A stretch of DNA of 64,000 bases from Prochlorococcus sp. AG-355-B18 (GCA_003280965.1 QCDI01000007.1:37634-101633), one strand, 5' to 3'; shown: positions 1 to 9,124, counted from the first letter of the stretch. Notes: generated from the sequence alone by a model not told the origin. Made by a program: numbers and translations.

Positions 1-2
1 AT

Positions 3-914
3 TATTTTTTTATAGTTGGAGATATTGTGCCAGTTTTTTTTGCATGGGTTTGTAAGAAAGATTTTTTTACATATCTAGTTGCTTATTCCAGCCATTATGA
101 AGGGAAGTTGAAATTACCATGGCCTTCTAAATTTTTCTTGATCTCACAAAAAGCAAAAAAAATATATACGAGAGATTCCCTTACAGCTAATGATTTAACA
201 TCGCAATTAAAAAAGAAAGTGTCTTTTTTAGGCAACCCATTTATGGATAAGTTTTTTCCTAGAAACAAAAAATTAAATAAAGCAGAATTTAGTATTGGAT
301 TATTTCCAGGAAGTAGATTCCCTGAGATTTTAGATAATTTTGTTTTTATTTTAGAGGTATTAGAGGCATTGTCAGATTTAAGATATTTTCAAAAAATTCA
401 GTTTAATTTTGCAATAGTTAATGCTCTATCTTCATTAAAAATAAAGGAGATATTTCAAAAAAGAGGATGGTTAAAAATAGAAAATATAAAAGATAATAAT
501 CTCTTGAAATTCCAATATAAATTTTTAGAAGTGAATATATATTGGAATAATTTTGACAATATATTATTGAAAAGTAGATGCTGTATCAGCATGGCAGGAA
601 CAGCATCAGAGCAAGCGATTGGATTAGGAAAACCGGTTATTCAGATAGAAGGTAAAGGTCCACAATTTACAAAAACTTTTGCAGAAGCGCAAAGACGTTT
701 GCTTGGAAAATATGTTTTTTGTGCCACAAATTATAAAGATAAGAATGATCAAATCAATCAGACAAAAGAATTGATCATTAAAATTATATACCTTATAAAG
801 CTGAATAAGAAGTTTATGATCTCATGTAATGAAAATGCTAAAAAAAGACTGGGTGAAAACAAAGCTTGTCTTAAAATGGTTAATGATATGAATATTGTTA
901 TAAAAAATGACTAA
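3..914 (+). CDS. Lipid-A-disaccharide synthase-related glycosyltransferase (5' end runs off the window)
   Basis: GNPFMD, LFPGSR and MAGTASEQAIGLGKPV motifs of the cyanobacterial LpxB-like family; frame is open to the window edge. Confidence 0.75.
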   Translation, partial: YFFIVGDIVPVFFAWVCKKDFFTYLVAYSSHYEGKLKLPWPSKFFLISQKAKKIYTRDSLTANDLTSQLKKKVSFLGNPFMDKFFPRNKKLNKAEFSIGLFPGSRFPEILDNFVFILEVLEALSDLRYFQKIQFNFAIVNALSSLKIKEIFQKRGWLKIENIKDNNLLKFQYKFLEVNIYWNNFDNILLKSRCCISMAGTASEQAIGLGKPVIQIEGKGPQFTKTFAEAQRRLLGKYVFCATNYKDKNDQINQTKELIIKIIYLIKLNKKFMISCNENAKKRLGENKACLKMVNDMNIVIKND

Positions 915-1176
915 GGAGAATAATCAAAATAAGTTAAAACAAATTATCGATAATTTGTTATTAATAAATTTATTTACAGTAATTTTTTTTGCAATATTTT
1001 TTATTTTTGCAATCATCATGCAATTTAATGGCATATTTATTTTTGTTAATTTTATTCAGATAGTTTGGAATCCTCTTGTAGTTCCATTGATAACAATTCT
1101 TATTATTGGCGCTTTAGTGAACGGTATTAATTCTTGGTGGAGGCGTAAATTGCTCTCTCAAGAAGAGGATATTTAA
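907..1176 (+). CDS. Small membrane protein, hypothetical
   Basis: 89 aa with two hydrophobic segments; overlaps the upstream stop. Confidence 0.6.
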   Translation: MTKENNQNKLKQIIDNLLLINLFTVIFFAIFFIFAIIMQFNGIFIFVNFIQIVWNPLVVPLITILIIGALVNGINSWWRRKLLSQEEDI

Positions 1177-2053
1177 AATTATAATTTTTGAGTTTATTGC
1201 TTATAACTTTTTGTCCTTCCAATACAACTTTTGCTCCATCTCCTAACAATATTTTTAAAACCGCTCCAGGCACTGGAAGTAAATTAGGTCTATTCAGACA
1301 TTTGCCTAAAGTCTGAGAAAATTCTCTCATTAATACTGGATTTGGTGCAACAGCATTAAATACTCCCGAATACTTTTTATCAACTAATGCTTGAGTAATT
1401 AATGTACATAAATCAGTTCTATGAATCCAACTCATCCATTGCTTACCATCTCCAATTGGTCCACCTAATCCAACTTTAAATATAGGGAGCATTTTTCCTA
1501 ATGCTCCTCCATCTGCCTCTAAAACTATTCCAATTCTAAAAATAACTAACCTTGAGAAAAATGGTTTTTCAGCAGCGACCGCTTCCCATTTTTTGCAAAG
1601 ATTAGCTAAAAAGTCTTTTCCTCCAATACTATTTTCAGTGAATTCACCAGACAAACTTGTTCCGTAATAACCTACTGCTGATCCATTTATGATGACTTTT
1701 GGGTTTATTTTTAAATTTTTAAGGGTCTTCATCATAAATTTTGTGGTGTTAATACGACTATTTTCAATCTCCTGTTTTTGTTCAGAAGTCCATTTTTTTT
1801 CTGCTATGGGTTCGCCCATCAGGTTAATAATTCCATCGGTCTCTCTTAAAATATTTAGAAGATTTTCGTTATTCCAGTTTTTTTCTTTTGATAAATCTAT
1901 TTGTAAAAACTTAAAATTATTGAAATCTAAATCAAGCTTTAATTTACTGATAGGTTTTCTACTTACAATATATATCTCATGGTTTTCATTTATTAGTGTT
2001 GGTAGAAGTTCTTTACCAACAAATCCAGTGCAGCCAAGTAATAAAAGACGCAT
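1127..2053 (-). CDS. NAD-dependent epimerase, TIGR01777/YfcH family
   Basis: GCTGFVG Rossmann motif, GGPIGDGKQWMSWIH, FNAVAPNPV. Confidence 0.9.
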   Translation of the reverse strand: MRLLLLGCTGFVGKELLPTLINENHEIYIVSRKPISKLKLDLDFNNFKFLQIDLSKEKNWNNENLLNILRETDGIINLMGEPIAEKKWTSEQKQEIENSRINTTKFMMKTLKNLKINPKVIINGSAVGYYGTSLSGEFTENSIGGKDFLANLCKKWEAVAAEKPFFSRLVIFRIGIVLEADGGALGKMLPIFKVGLGGPIGDGKQWMSWIHRTDLCTLITQALVDKKYSGVFNAVAPNPVLMREFSQTLGKCLNRPNLLPVPGAVLKILLGDGAKVVLEGQKVISNKLKNYNFKYPLLERAIYASTKN

Positions 2054-2188
2054 ATTTTTAGATATTTATCATCTTAGGCTATTAAATTTTTTAGAATTTT
2101 GTAATTATTATTCCGTTATCAATTTTTTTAAATATTTATCAAACAAGATTTTGTATAATATATTCCAAATGTCTTCTTGGATTTTAAC

Positions 2189-2425
2189 ATGACAGATTCT
2201 ATTCAAAAGAAACCTTTGAAGAAAGGAAGCTTAGTTTTTGTCGATAGAGAAAATTATATAAAAAGTATCGAGGCTCTTGCCAGTGATGATGATTTACCTA
2301 ATTACATCTTTGAAGGTCCTGGAGAAATTCTTTCTGTCAAAGAAGAATATGCTCAGGTCCGATGGCGTAGACCTGTTCCAGATGCTTGGCTGAAATTAGA
2401 TCAACTTAAAGAATATATTCAATAA
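2189..2425 (+). CDS. ndhO: NDH-1 subunit O
   Basis: LKKGSLV..YIKSIEALASD..PNYIFEGPGE..VRWRRPVPD; ATG at 2189 preferred over the TTG at 2177. Confidence 0.85.
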   Translation: MTDSIQKKPLKKGSLVFVDRENYIKSIEALASDDDLPNYIFEGPGEILSVKEEYAQVRWRRPVPDAWLKLDQLKEYIQ

Positions 2426-2429
2426 AATT

Positions 2430-3113
2430 TTATAGTTTAAAACTCTTTATTTTTTTCTTTATAGCCATTTTTGATTGGATTATTTTTGCTTCTTTAATCA
2501 TTTCTTTACCATCAAATAAGTAATTATCTACATATCCTTGTGTATATCTATCAAGCTCTGATAGTGCATCTTTAACTTGCGAAAAACAATGATACAGATC
2601 GAGGCCTAAATTTGAAATAGACTTTGGAACTAACTTTTTGTTATAAATTTTTTCAACTTTTTCTATTTTCTTTTGTGAAAGACTTATATAACTGCAAAAA
2701 TTTTCCATAAGTTCGTCATCATATGGATCCGCAGATAGTTCTTTTATTTCGTTGTTCAAAGGTTTAATTATTTGGCTAATTAATCTATTGATCGGAGTGT
2801 AAATTTCTTTAATCCATGTTTCAACTTCTTTATCTTTATTTGACGAATTATATTTTTTTGAATTTAGTTTCTCTTCCCAATTTTCTTTTAATGAATCAAA
2901 TGATGAATTTGAAGAGAAAAAATTCCTATCATATTGTTCTTTTTTAATAGGATCATTTAGAGTCTCCCAAGCATTTTGTATTGCAAGAAATCGTTCTTTT
3001 TCGCCACCGGCATCGGGATGATGTTGCTTAACTAAAGAACGATATGAAGACTTAATTTCACTTTTGGTTGCATTTTTTTCGAGGCCTAATTCTTTATAAA
3101 AATTTTTTTCCAT
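2430..3113 (-). CDS. DnaJ-domain protein
   Basis: N-terminal J domain with HPD motif. Confidence 0.85.
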   Translation of the reverse strand: MEKNFYKELGLEKNATKSEIKSSYRSLVKQHHPDAGGEKERFLAIQNAWETLNDPIKKEQYDRNFFSSNSSFDSLKENWEEKLNSKKYNSSNKDKEVETWIKEIYTPINRLISQIIKPLNNEIKELSADPYDDELMENFCSYISLSQKKIEKVEKIYNKKLVPKSISNLGLDLYHCFSQVKDALSELDRYTQGYVDNYLFDGKEMIKEAKIIQSKMAIKKKIKSFKL

Positions 3114-3128
3114 TTTTTAAATAAGAGA

Positions 3129-4097
3129 TCAAAGATAACCGTCTTTTCTTGCTTGAATCGAAGTATTCGATTCAAACATTGCTGTTGATAAATATCTTTC
3201 GCCAAAACTAGGAAGAATTACTATTAATCTCTTATTCATCAGTTCTTTCCTTTTACCTATTTTTATTGTTGCTGCTAAAGCTGCACCACTACTTATACCT
3301 GATAAAAGACCTTCCAATCGAGCTAATAAACGTCCATAATAAAAAGCTTCATCGTCATCTATTTTTATAATTTCATCTATTAGTTTGGTATTCAGAACTT
3401 TTGGCACGAAACCTGCTCCTATACCTTGAATTAAATGCGATCCTGCTTTTTTTCCGGAAATGACAGCACTTTTTTTGGGCTCTACAGCATAAATTTTGCA
3501 ATTTGGATTAACTTTTTTCAAAAAACGTGCGCAACCAGTAATTGTTCCTCCTGTGCCTACTCCTGTAACTAGCCCATCTAAATTGTTATTGGATTGGGCC
3601 CATATTTCTTGTGCAGTTGTTCTTTCATGAATATCTGGATTAGCAAAGTTTTCAAATTGATTAAATTGATAACTATTTGCAATGCTTGAAGACAACTCAT
3701 TAGCTAAATCTAAAGCTCCTTTCATTCCCTCTTTACCAGGTGTGAGCTGCAATTCAGCTCCATATGCTCTCAACATTGCCCTTCTTTCAATACTCATCGT
3801 ATCTGGCATAGTTAATATCAATTTATAGCCTTTTGCTGCAGCGACCATTGCTAATGCGATGCCAGTATTTCCACTTGTTGCTTCAATTAACGTTGTCTTA
3901 TCTGGCGTAATTAATCCTTCTTCTTCAGCTTTACATAACATTGAATAAGCGATGCGATCCTTAACGGAAGCTGATGGATTGAAACTTTCTAGTTTGGCGA
4001 TTATTTCCGGATAACAATTAAAAAACTTTCTGATTCGATTTAATTTAACTAATGGCGTATTTCCAACTAGAGAAGTTATATCATTTGCTATATCCAT
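3129..4097 (-). CDS. cysK: Cysteine synthase A
   Basis: SVKDRIA PLP lysine, TSGNTG, GTGGT, QGIGAGF. Confidence 0.95.
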   Translation of the reverse strand: MDIANDITSLVGNTPLVKLNRIRKFFNCYPEIIAKLESFNPSASVKDRIAYSMLCKAEEEGLITPDKTTLIEATSGNTGIALAMVAAAKGYKLILTMPDTMSIERRAMLRAYGAELQLTPGKEGMKGALDLANELSSSIANSYQFNQFENFANPDIHERTTAQEIWAQSNNNLDGLVTGVGTGGTITGCARFLKKVNPNCKIYAVEPKKSAVISGKKAGSHLIQGIGAGFVPKVLNTKLIDEIIKIDDDEAFYYGRLLARLEGLLSGISSGAALAATIKIGKRKELMNKRLIVILPSFGERYLSTAMFESNTSIQARKDGYL

Positions 4098-4241
4098 GAA
4101 ATGATTATTTAAATTGCAAAATTAAATCCCCTACTCACATAATAATTGTATTTAAAGATCTTTTATATAATTTTCTCAAAAGAATTTAATTTAAAATAAC
4201 TTTCTCCTTTAAATATTTATTATTATAAAAGGTAGTCTTTA

Positions 4242-4523
4242 TTGATGATTATGTATTTGCTAGAACTAAGTCTGAGATATTCACCTTTTCCACTGTCAAT
4301 TCAGAAGAAAGAATTTGAAGATGTTAAAAGAATTTATGATGAAATAAAAAGTTCTATGAATGAAACTTTAGAATCTTCAAACTTGATTGAGTTAAAGTGT
4401 GACAAAGTGCAAGATAAATTAATTGCTGTCAGAGCTAAAGAAATCATTTCTGTTCAGATATATGAAAAATCGTCAGTAGCAGGTGGAGCAAAAAGACCAG
4501 GATTTTCTCTCAACATAGATTGA
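4242..4523 (+). CDS. Conserved cyanobacterial hypothetical protein
   Basis: PLSIQKKE and C-terminal GGAKRPGF motifs. Confidence 0.7.
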   Translation: MMIMYLLELSLRYSPFPLSIQKKEFEDVKRIYDEIKSSMNETLESSNLIELKCDKVQDKLIAVRAKEIISVQIYEKSSVAGGAKRPGFSLNID

Positions 4524-5206
4524 TAGAATTAATGCCATATTCTCTTGAAGATCAAATACCTCATATTCATTTTAAAGATGTATCTTTTTCATATCCTGGA
4601 AAAAAAGAAAATTTAATTTTTAAATGTAATTTCTCGATAAAAAAAACTGGATTTTGGATGGTCGTAGGTAAAAACGGAAGTGGGAAAAGTACTCTTTTAA
4701 AATTAATAAATGGAATAATTAAACCGAATAATGGAATCATTAATTCTAAAGCAAATATAGGGATGGTATTTCAAAACCCTGATCATCAAATATTAATGCC
4801 AAATTGCAGGAGCGAACTTCTGATTAACATTAATCAAAATATAAGTGATAATGAAATTAATAAAAAAATTGAATATGTGCTTGATCAGGTGGGATTATCT
4901 GGTTTTGAAAAAAGGCCAGTTCATACGTTAAGCGGTGGGCAAAAACAACGCTTGACTATTGCATGCGCGCTTATTAGTAATAGAAATTTTATTCTTTTGG
5001 ATGAGCCTACAGCGTTACTTGATCGAACAAGCCAATTAAAAGTTTTAAATACAATTAAAAATCTTACAAGTGACTATAAAAAACCTTTATCAGCTTTATG
5101 GATTACTCATCGTTATGAAGAATTAACTTACGCTGATTCAGTTGCGGAGTTAAAAAATGGTTTTTTATCTAGCTGGCAAGAACCATCAAAATTTCAATAT
5201 AATTAA
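4520..5206 (+). CDS. ABC transporter ATP-binding protein (CbiO/EcfA-like)
   Basis: Walker A GKNGSGKS, VFQNPD Q-loop, LSGGQKQR signature, LLDEPT. Confidence 0.9.
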   Translation: MIELMPYSLEDQIPHIHFKDVSFSYPGKKENLIFKCNFSIKKTGFWMVVGKNGSGKSTLLKLINGIIKPNNGIINSKANIGMVFQNPDHQILMPNCRSELLININQNISDNEINKKIEYVLDQVGLSGFEKRPVHTLSGGQKQRLTIACALISNRNFILLDEPTALLDRTSQLKVLNTIKNLTSDYKKPLSALWITHRYEELTYADSVAELKNGFLSSWQEPSKFQYN

Positions 5207-5255
5207 CTCTTGTACTTGTCATAAGGTACTTTAAAGAGCTAAATTCATTCTATAT

Positions 5256-5327
<72 letters not shown>

Positions 5328-5345
5328 TTCATTTACGGGTTCTTC

Positions 5346-5378
5346 AGACTTCAAGTTAATTCACTTGAGGTCTTTTTT
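5346..5378 (+). terminator. Element-supplied intrinsic terminator downstream of tRNA-Asn
   Basis: AGACTTCAAGT-taattc-ACTTGAGGTCT stem (one G:U) followed by a T run. Confidence 0.75.
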
Positions 5379-5451
5379 AATGCCCTGACTACTGTTTTGA
5401 AGAAATCAGAAGATCAGATGTTTTCAGGATAACTCAAATCCACCATTTTGC

Positions 5452-5493
5452 TGGTCGTGATATGGTCGTGAAATTAATTTTTCATGGTCGTGA
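5452..5493 (+). repeat. Three TGGTCGTGA repeats, putative integrase arm-type sites
   Basis: Copies at 5452, 5463 and 5485 (11- and 22-bp spacing); same motif at 18269 and 18280. Confidence 0.8.
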
Positions 5494-5608
5494 AGAAAAA
5501 ATGCCGAAAAAAAAGACCCTAAATGGGTCAGAGTCAGGGTAGAAAAAATTCAAATAGGGAAGGCAAGGGACTGTCCTTTATCCCACTACTATTTAGTTCA
5601 TTTCGTAG

Positions 5609-6007
5609 TTAGATTTCCTCCTCTTCAGCAAATTTTGCTTCCAAATACTCTTTGGCATCTTTAGGGACTTTCATGGCATTTTCTTCAAAGTCTTCTTTTG
5701 ACTTGATAAAGAAGACATACCTTGCCCTATTAAAAACTGTGTTCCAATGTGCTGCGTTATCAAGTTCAGGAAATTCTTGAAATAAGTAAAGCATTTCGAT
5801 CAAAACTTTTTCTTGTGCTTTTCTTACTTTCAATGCTCTCTTTGCATTACTTCGTATGTGACTGACGAAGTGCTTGGCATCATCAGATAACAGTTCCCAC
5901 TTGGAATTTGCCAACTTGATGTTGGCATTATTTGAAGCAGTTTGGTTGGAAATAAAGTAATCCAGTTTTTTGTACTCTGGAATTTTTAACTCTTGAGAAC
6001 TATCCAT
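5609..6007 (-). CDS. Hypothetical protein
   Basis: 132-aa ORF, GGAGG SD, TAATG overlap with the upstream ORF. Confidence 0.7.
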   Translation of the reverse strand: MDSSQELKIPEYKKLDYFISNQTASNNANIKLANSKWELLSDDAKHFVSHIRSNAKRALKVRKAQEKVLIEMLYLFQEFPELDNAAHWNTVFNRARYVFFIKSKEDFEENAMKVPKDAKEYLEAKFAEEEEI

Positions 6008-6603
6008 TACTCTTCCTCCCCTGCAATGAATAAATCCTTCTCAGTTTCAAATGACATGATTGTGGTTTGAAGATTGCTCCATTGTCCAAGATAAGCATTT
6101 CCTCCACGCCATTTAATGTCATCTGGGGAAAGTACAAATTTTAATTTGTTTCTCTTAACAACTTTTACCCAATCTTCAGTCATAACCGTGTCGTAAGGAC
6201 TAAATTCAAATCCATTTTTTGCGACATCATTTCGATTTGCATCCCCATAGTTCTGATTGCAGTAAATAAGAGGACATTCATCTATGTAAAATGCCGTGAT
6301 TAAATTTGGAATACTTGGATGAAGTAAAGGATGATAGATTTTTGGATGTCTCATCATCATTTTTCCAGAATCAAAAATTCTTATCTTTTCTGAGTCTCCA
6401 AATCCTTTTGAAGGTTTCTCTTTATAAAAGAAACTGGATTCATGTTCCAATGCTTCGTGCAGAATAGGTGCTTGAATATTATCGACCCATTCATTGACGC
6501 AATTTCTATAGGTCAAATTTCCGTCATTGATCTTTTTCAGAATTTCTCCATGCTCATTATTGGCATGAAATTTTTCCAACTTTTCAGTAATAGTTGTTGT
6601 CAT
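6007..6603 (-). CDS. Hypothetical protein (weak GHKL-like motifs)
   Basis: 198-aa ORF with AAGGAGG SD, downstream of a consensus promoter. Confidence 0.7.
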   Translation of the reverse strand: MTTTITEKLEKFHANNEHGEILKKINDGNLTYRNCVNEWVDNIQAPILHEALEHESSFFYKEKPSKGFGDSEKIRIFDSGKMMMRHPKIYHPLLHPSIPNLITAFYIDECPLIYCNQNYGDANRNDVAKNGFEFSPYDTVMTEDWVKVVKRNKLKFVLSPDDIKWRGGNAYLGQWSNLQTTIMSFETEKDLFIAGEEE

Positions 6604-6676
6604 TAGTTCCCCTCCTTTTAGGGATTAAGTGAATTTAGATTTAAAAAATAAATGGAATATTTTTATCTTTTCTTTG

Positions 6677-6700
6677 AGTTGACCCTTTCGGGTCTATTCA
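6677..6700 (-). repeat. 24-bp leader motif with GACCC-N4-GGGTC hairpin, copy 1
   Basis: 23/24 identical to 18068-18091. Confidence 0.8.
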
Positions 6701-6796
6701 GTTGTGTTGGGTCTGAACTTCATGTTCAGGGGTTTAAAATCTGTCCCAATTAGATCACTTAAAGCGTGGTTACCAACCCTTGCTTTTTATACATAA

Positions 6797-6825
6797 ATTA
6801 TACATTAAATCAATGGACTTGTCAA
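6797..6825 (-). promoter_or_regulatory. Perfect sigma70 promoter
   Basis: Minus strand TTGACA (6825-6820), 17 nt, TATAAT (6802-6797). Confidence 0.8.
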
Positions 6826-7007
6826 CCCATAACTCAAGTTATAGCAATTAATGTCAGGGAATCTCAACCTCTTTCAGGAGGGTTCAGAATGTAAAAAAAT
6901 TGGCGAAAAAAATTTCCATATTTCAGGTATTTTTTATCGTTCTTGGGTAACACTTTGTAGGTTAGGGAAGTTGGTCGTTTTATATACTGCGAGATCTTAT
7001 GAACGAA

Positions 7008-7154
7008 TCACTTTTTGAAGATCTGTTTCTTTAACTTTGGATCCATATAAACAACTTCAATCAGTCTGTTCAAAGTGTTGAGTATATCCATTCTTGAAAA
7101 TTTAGAAATATCCTTGAGCATTTCTAGGCGGATTGGGTTTAGTTTTGGTTGCAT
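7008..7154 (-). CDS. 48-aa protein, possible ribbon-helix-helix; not in the ORF track
   Basis: MQPKLNPIRLEMLKDISKFSRMDILNTLNRLIEVVYMDPKLKKQIFKK; starts 4 nt after the stop of 7158-7358. Confidence 0.55.
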   Translation of the reverse strand: MQPKLNPIRLEMLKDISKFSRMDILNTLNRLIEVVYMDPKLKKQIFKK

Positions 7155-7157
7155 TGT

Positions 7158-7358
7158 CTAAATATTTTCTAATTGAGCGTTCTTCCTCAGGTTGTAAATC
7201 ATATTGGTGCATTTTTTGTATATATCTGCCCTCTTATAGACTCCTAGGTCATCCATAAGGAACTGTTCTATCTTCTCGTACTTAGGAACCTCATCCTTTT
7301 TGTAGGACATCTGGAATCTATTCTGTTTGATCTTTACTGCTGGCATTTTTCTATGCAA
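7158..7358 (-). CDS. Small basic protein, possible RHH DNA-binding protein
   Basis: 62-66 aa, beta-strand-like N-terminus followed by two predicted helices. Confidence 0.5.
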   Translation of the reverse strand: MHRKMPAVKIKQNRFQMSYKKDEVPKYEKIEQFLMDDLGVYKRADIYKKCTNMIYNLRKNAQLENI

Positions 7359-7416
7359 TTTAGGTGTACTAAATATTTATTCCGATTTTTCTTTCGCTTC
7401 TTATCGTTCGGTATTT

Positions 7417-7610
7417 TGTAGGCAAAGGTCACATGAGATAGAAAGCATACTTATATTTTTTTGATGCTTTTTAATGGGTTTTAACCCTTTGCCCTTCGGG
7501 CAAATTTCCTTCGGAACAACCTTTTGGTTAGTTATTTCTGTTTTTGCCTACAGTAATCTTTCAACCGATACAAAGGTATCTATACAAGTTATGTATTTGA
7601 CTTATACATA
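7417..7610. other. Multi-hairpin structured non-coding region
   Basis: 10-bp inverted repeat 7417-7426/7543-7552 enclosing five hairpins, plus two more at 7567-7580 and 7590-7610. Confidence 0.6.
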
Positions 7611-7692
7611 TATTGGGAGACCAAAACATATTGCTATGACTTGATTCAACATGATTAAACCCCACATCATTTGATTTAATTGCCGTAAAAAG

Positions 7693-7719
7693 TTTATTTT
7701 TGCCTTACTGATTGAAAAT
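7693..7719. repeat. 27-bp direct repeat, copy 1 (duplicate of the 3' end of gene 8148-8306)
   Basis: 25/27 identical to 8147-8173. Confidence 0.85.
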
Positions 7720-8147
7720 TATTGCTGCTTTACTAAAGGATAAACGTCTTTACATTTTGATTTTTCGTTTTGATAATCTTTGATAGCAGTATCCCATTTT
7801 GATAAATCTGCTTCTTTCCCAGAAATATATAATTCCATTTGTGCCGAATAGGTTGCTGCTTCAATCCGACTATTGAATGAAGAATTACAAAAAAGAATAC
7901 TTCCAAATTTTTCATAGTCAGTAAAATCCCTATTCGCTGCATATTCAGCATTTGCCCTTTTCTTATCTAATGCTTTATATTCCAAATCCTCAATACTAGG
8001 TTTTGGTCGGAGTAAGACTGCTTTATAGTCTAAATCCTCAACTCGGAGTAAGGATTGGTTACCTTGTGCATTTAGATATGAAAAAAGTGAAACACAAATA
8101 AGAACAACAGCAAATACACTAATTAACCAAGTGTTAGTTTTATCCAT
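7719..8147 (-). CDS. Membrane-anchored or secreted hypothetical protein
   Basis: N-terminal hydrophobic helix; internal EDLDYKA/EDLEYKA repeat. Confidence 0.7.
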   Translation of the reverse strand: MDKTNTWLISVFAVVLICVSLFSYLNAQGNQSLLRVEDLDYKAVLLRPKPSIEDLEYKALDKKRANAEYAANRDFTDYEKFGSILFCNSSFNSRIEAATYSAQMELYISGKEADLSKWDTAIKDYQNEKSKCKDVYPLVKQQ

Positions 8148-8306
8148 TTATTTTTGCCTGACTGACTGAAAATAAACTTTATCTGCTGGATACCTTGCCT
8201 TAACAAGGTCTTCTAGATGCTTTCTATCGGCAGTATCACTCTCAACTTCAACAGTATGAGATCTTTTTTGAAAATCTACATATCGGACTTTTGCGATTAT
8301 CTTCAT
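8148..8306 (-). CDS. 52-aa protein; not in the ORF track
   Basis: MKIIAKVRYVDFQKRSHTVEVESDTADRKHLEDLVKARYPADKVYFQSVRQK; ATGA overlap upstream, stop abuts the next ATG. Confidence 0.75.
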   Translation of the reverse strand: MKIIAKVRYVDFQKRSHTVEVESDTADRKHLEDLVKARYPADKVYFQSVRQK

Positions 8307-8533
8307 TTGATTTTGTCCTCAAATTCTTTGAAGGATGATTGCATTTGTCCTTTATTTTCTACTGGATCATCTTTGTCTAGACCTCTGATCTTTCTCCATC
8401 TGGAGTACATATAACCAAGATATATTCCTTGCATGAAATTCTTTGCACCATTTTCAAGCAAATTTGTAGAAAATTTATCGTTAAATCTTCCACTTTCTAA
8501 TAATTCTTTTTTCCAATCTATTTTTTCTGTCAT
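8303..8533 (-). CDS. Hypothetical protein
   Basis: 76 aa, ATGA-coupled to the resolvase. Confidence 0.7.
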   Translation of the reverse strand: MTEKIDWKKELLESGRFNDKFSTNLLENGAKNFMQGIYLGYMYSRWRKIRGLDKDDPVENKGQMQSSFKEFEDKIK

Positions 8534-9108
8534 ACCGCTACTTCCTGTTTAACTATTCTTTGCACCATTGAACGACTCATGCCTAATGATTTGGCAATAG
8601 TTCCTAATCCTTCGCCTTGAGATTTCTTTTTCATTACTTCAGCAACTTGAAAGTCATCATATTTGCGTTTTCTTCCAAATTTTACTCCTCTACTTAAGGC
8701 AACTGCTCTACCTTCTGAAGTTCTGGACTTAATTTGTGAGAGTTCTTGCTCTGCTGCATATCCAAGAATTGAAACTATTAGACCAACTATCTCTTTTGAC
8801 ATGGTTGTTGTATCAAGTCTCTTATCTAAAGTGCGAACATTAACTCCTTTCTTGAGAAGTTTGTCTAATTCGATTTGCATAAGAAGAGAAGTTCTTCCAA
8901 GTCTTGATAATTCAGAAAGAATAAGAAGATCTCCTTCTTCTAAAACTTCTAATAATTTTGATAATTCTTCTCTATCTCCATAACTCGAAGTTCCAGTAAT
9001 CTTATCGCCATATAAAACTTCAACCCCTGCATCCTTTAATGCACGGATCTGTCTTTCTTGATCTTGATGATCTGTAGAACATCTCCAATATCCGTAAATT
9101 GTATTCAT
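8530..9108 (-). CDS. Small serine recombinase (resolvase/invertase family)
   Basis: YWRCST catalytic Ser, LSRLGRT, GVKFGRK, C-terminal HTH. Confidence 0.93.
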   Translation of the reverse strand: MNTIYGYWRCSTDHQDQERQIRALKDAGVEVLYGDKITGTSSYGDREELSKLLEVLEEGDLLILSELSRLGRTSLLMQIELDKLLKKGVNVRTLDKRLDTTTMSKEIVGLIVSILGYAAEQELSQIKSRTSEGRAVALSRGVKFGRKRKYDDFQVAEVMKKKSQGEGLGTIAKSLGMSRSMVQRIVKQEVAV

Positions 9109-9124
9109 TTTCTGGGGGTAAATC

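Noticed and set aside
5452..5493. Short repeats as a CRISPR array
   Set aside because: 9-bp units with 2-13 bp gaps and no cas genes; they fit integrase arm sites better
5558..5567. 10-bp inverted match GGAAGGCAAG to 18140-18149
   Set aside because: Too short to distinguish from chance without homologue comparison
7355..7372. Second LexA box upstream of ORF 7158-7358
   Set aside because: Only one half-site (TGTACTA) matches
7417..7552. Retron msr-msd (inverted repeats enclosing hairpins)
   Set aside because: No reverse transcriptase recognisable in the window
7693..8173. Integron attC cassette
   Set aside because: Repeats lack the RYYYAAC/GTTRRRY palindromic structure, and the integrase is P4-like rather than IntI
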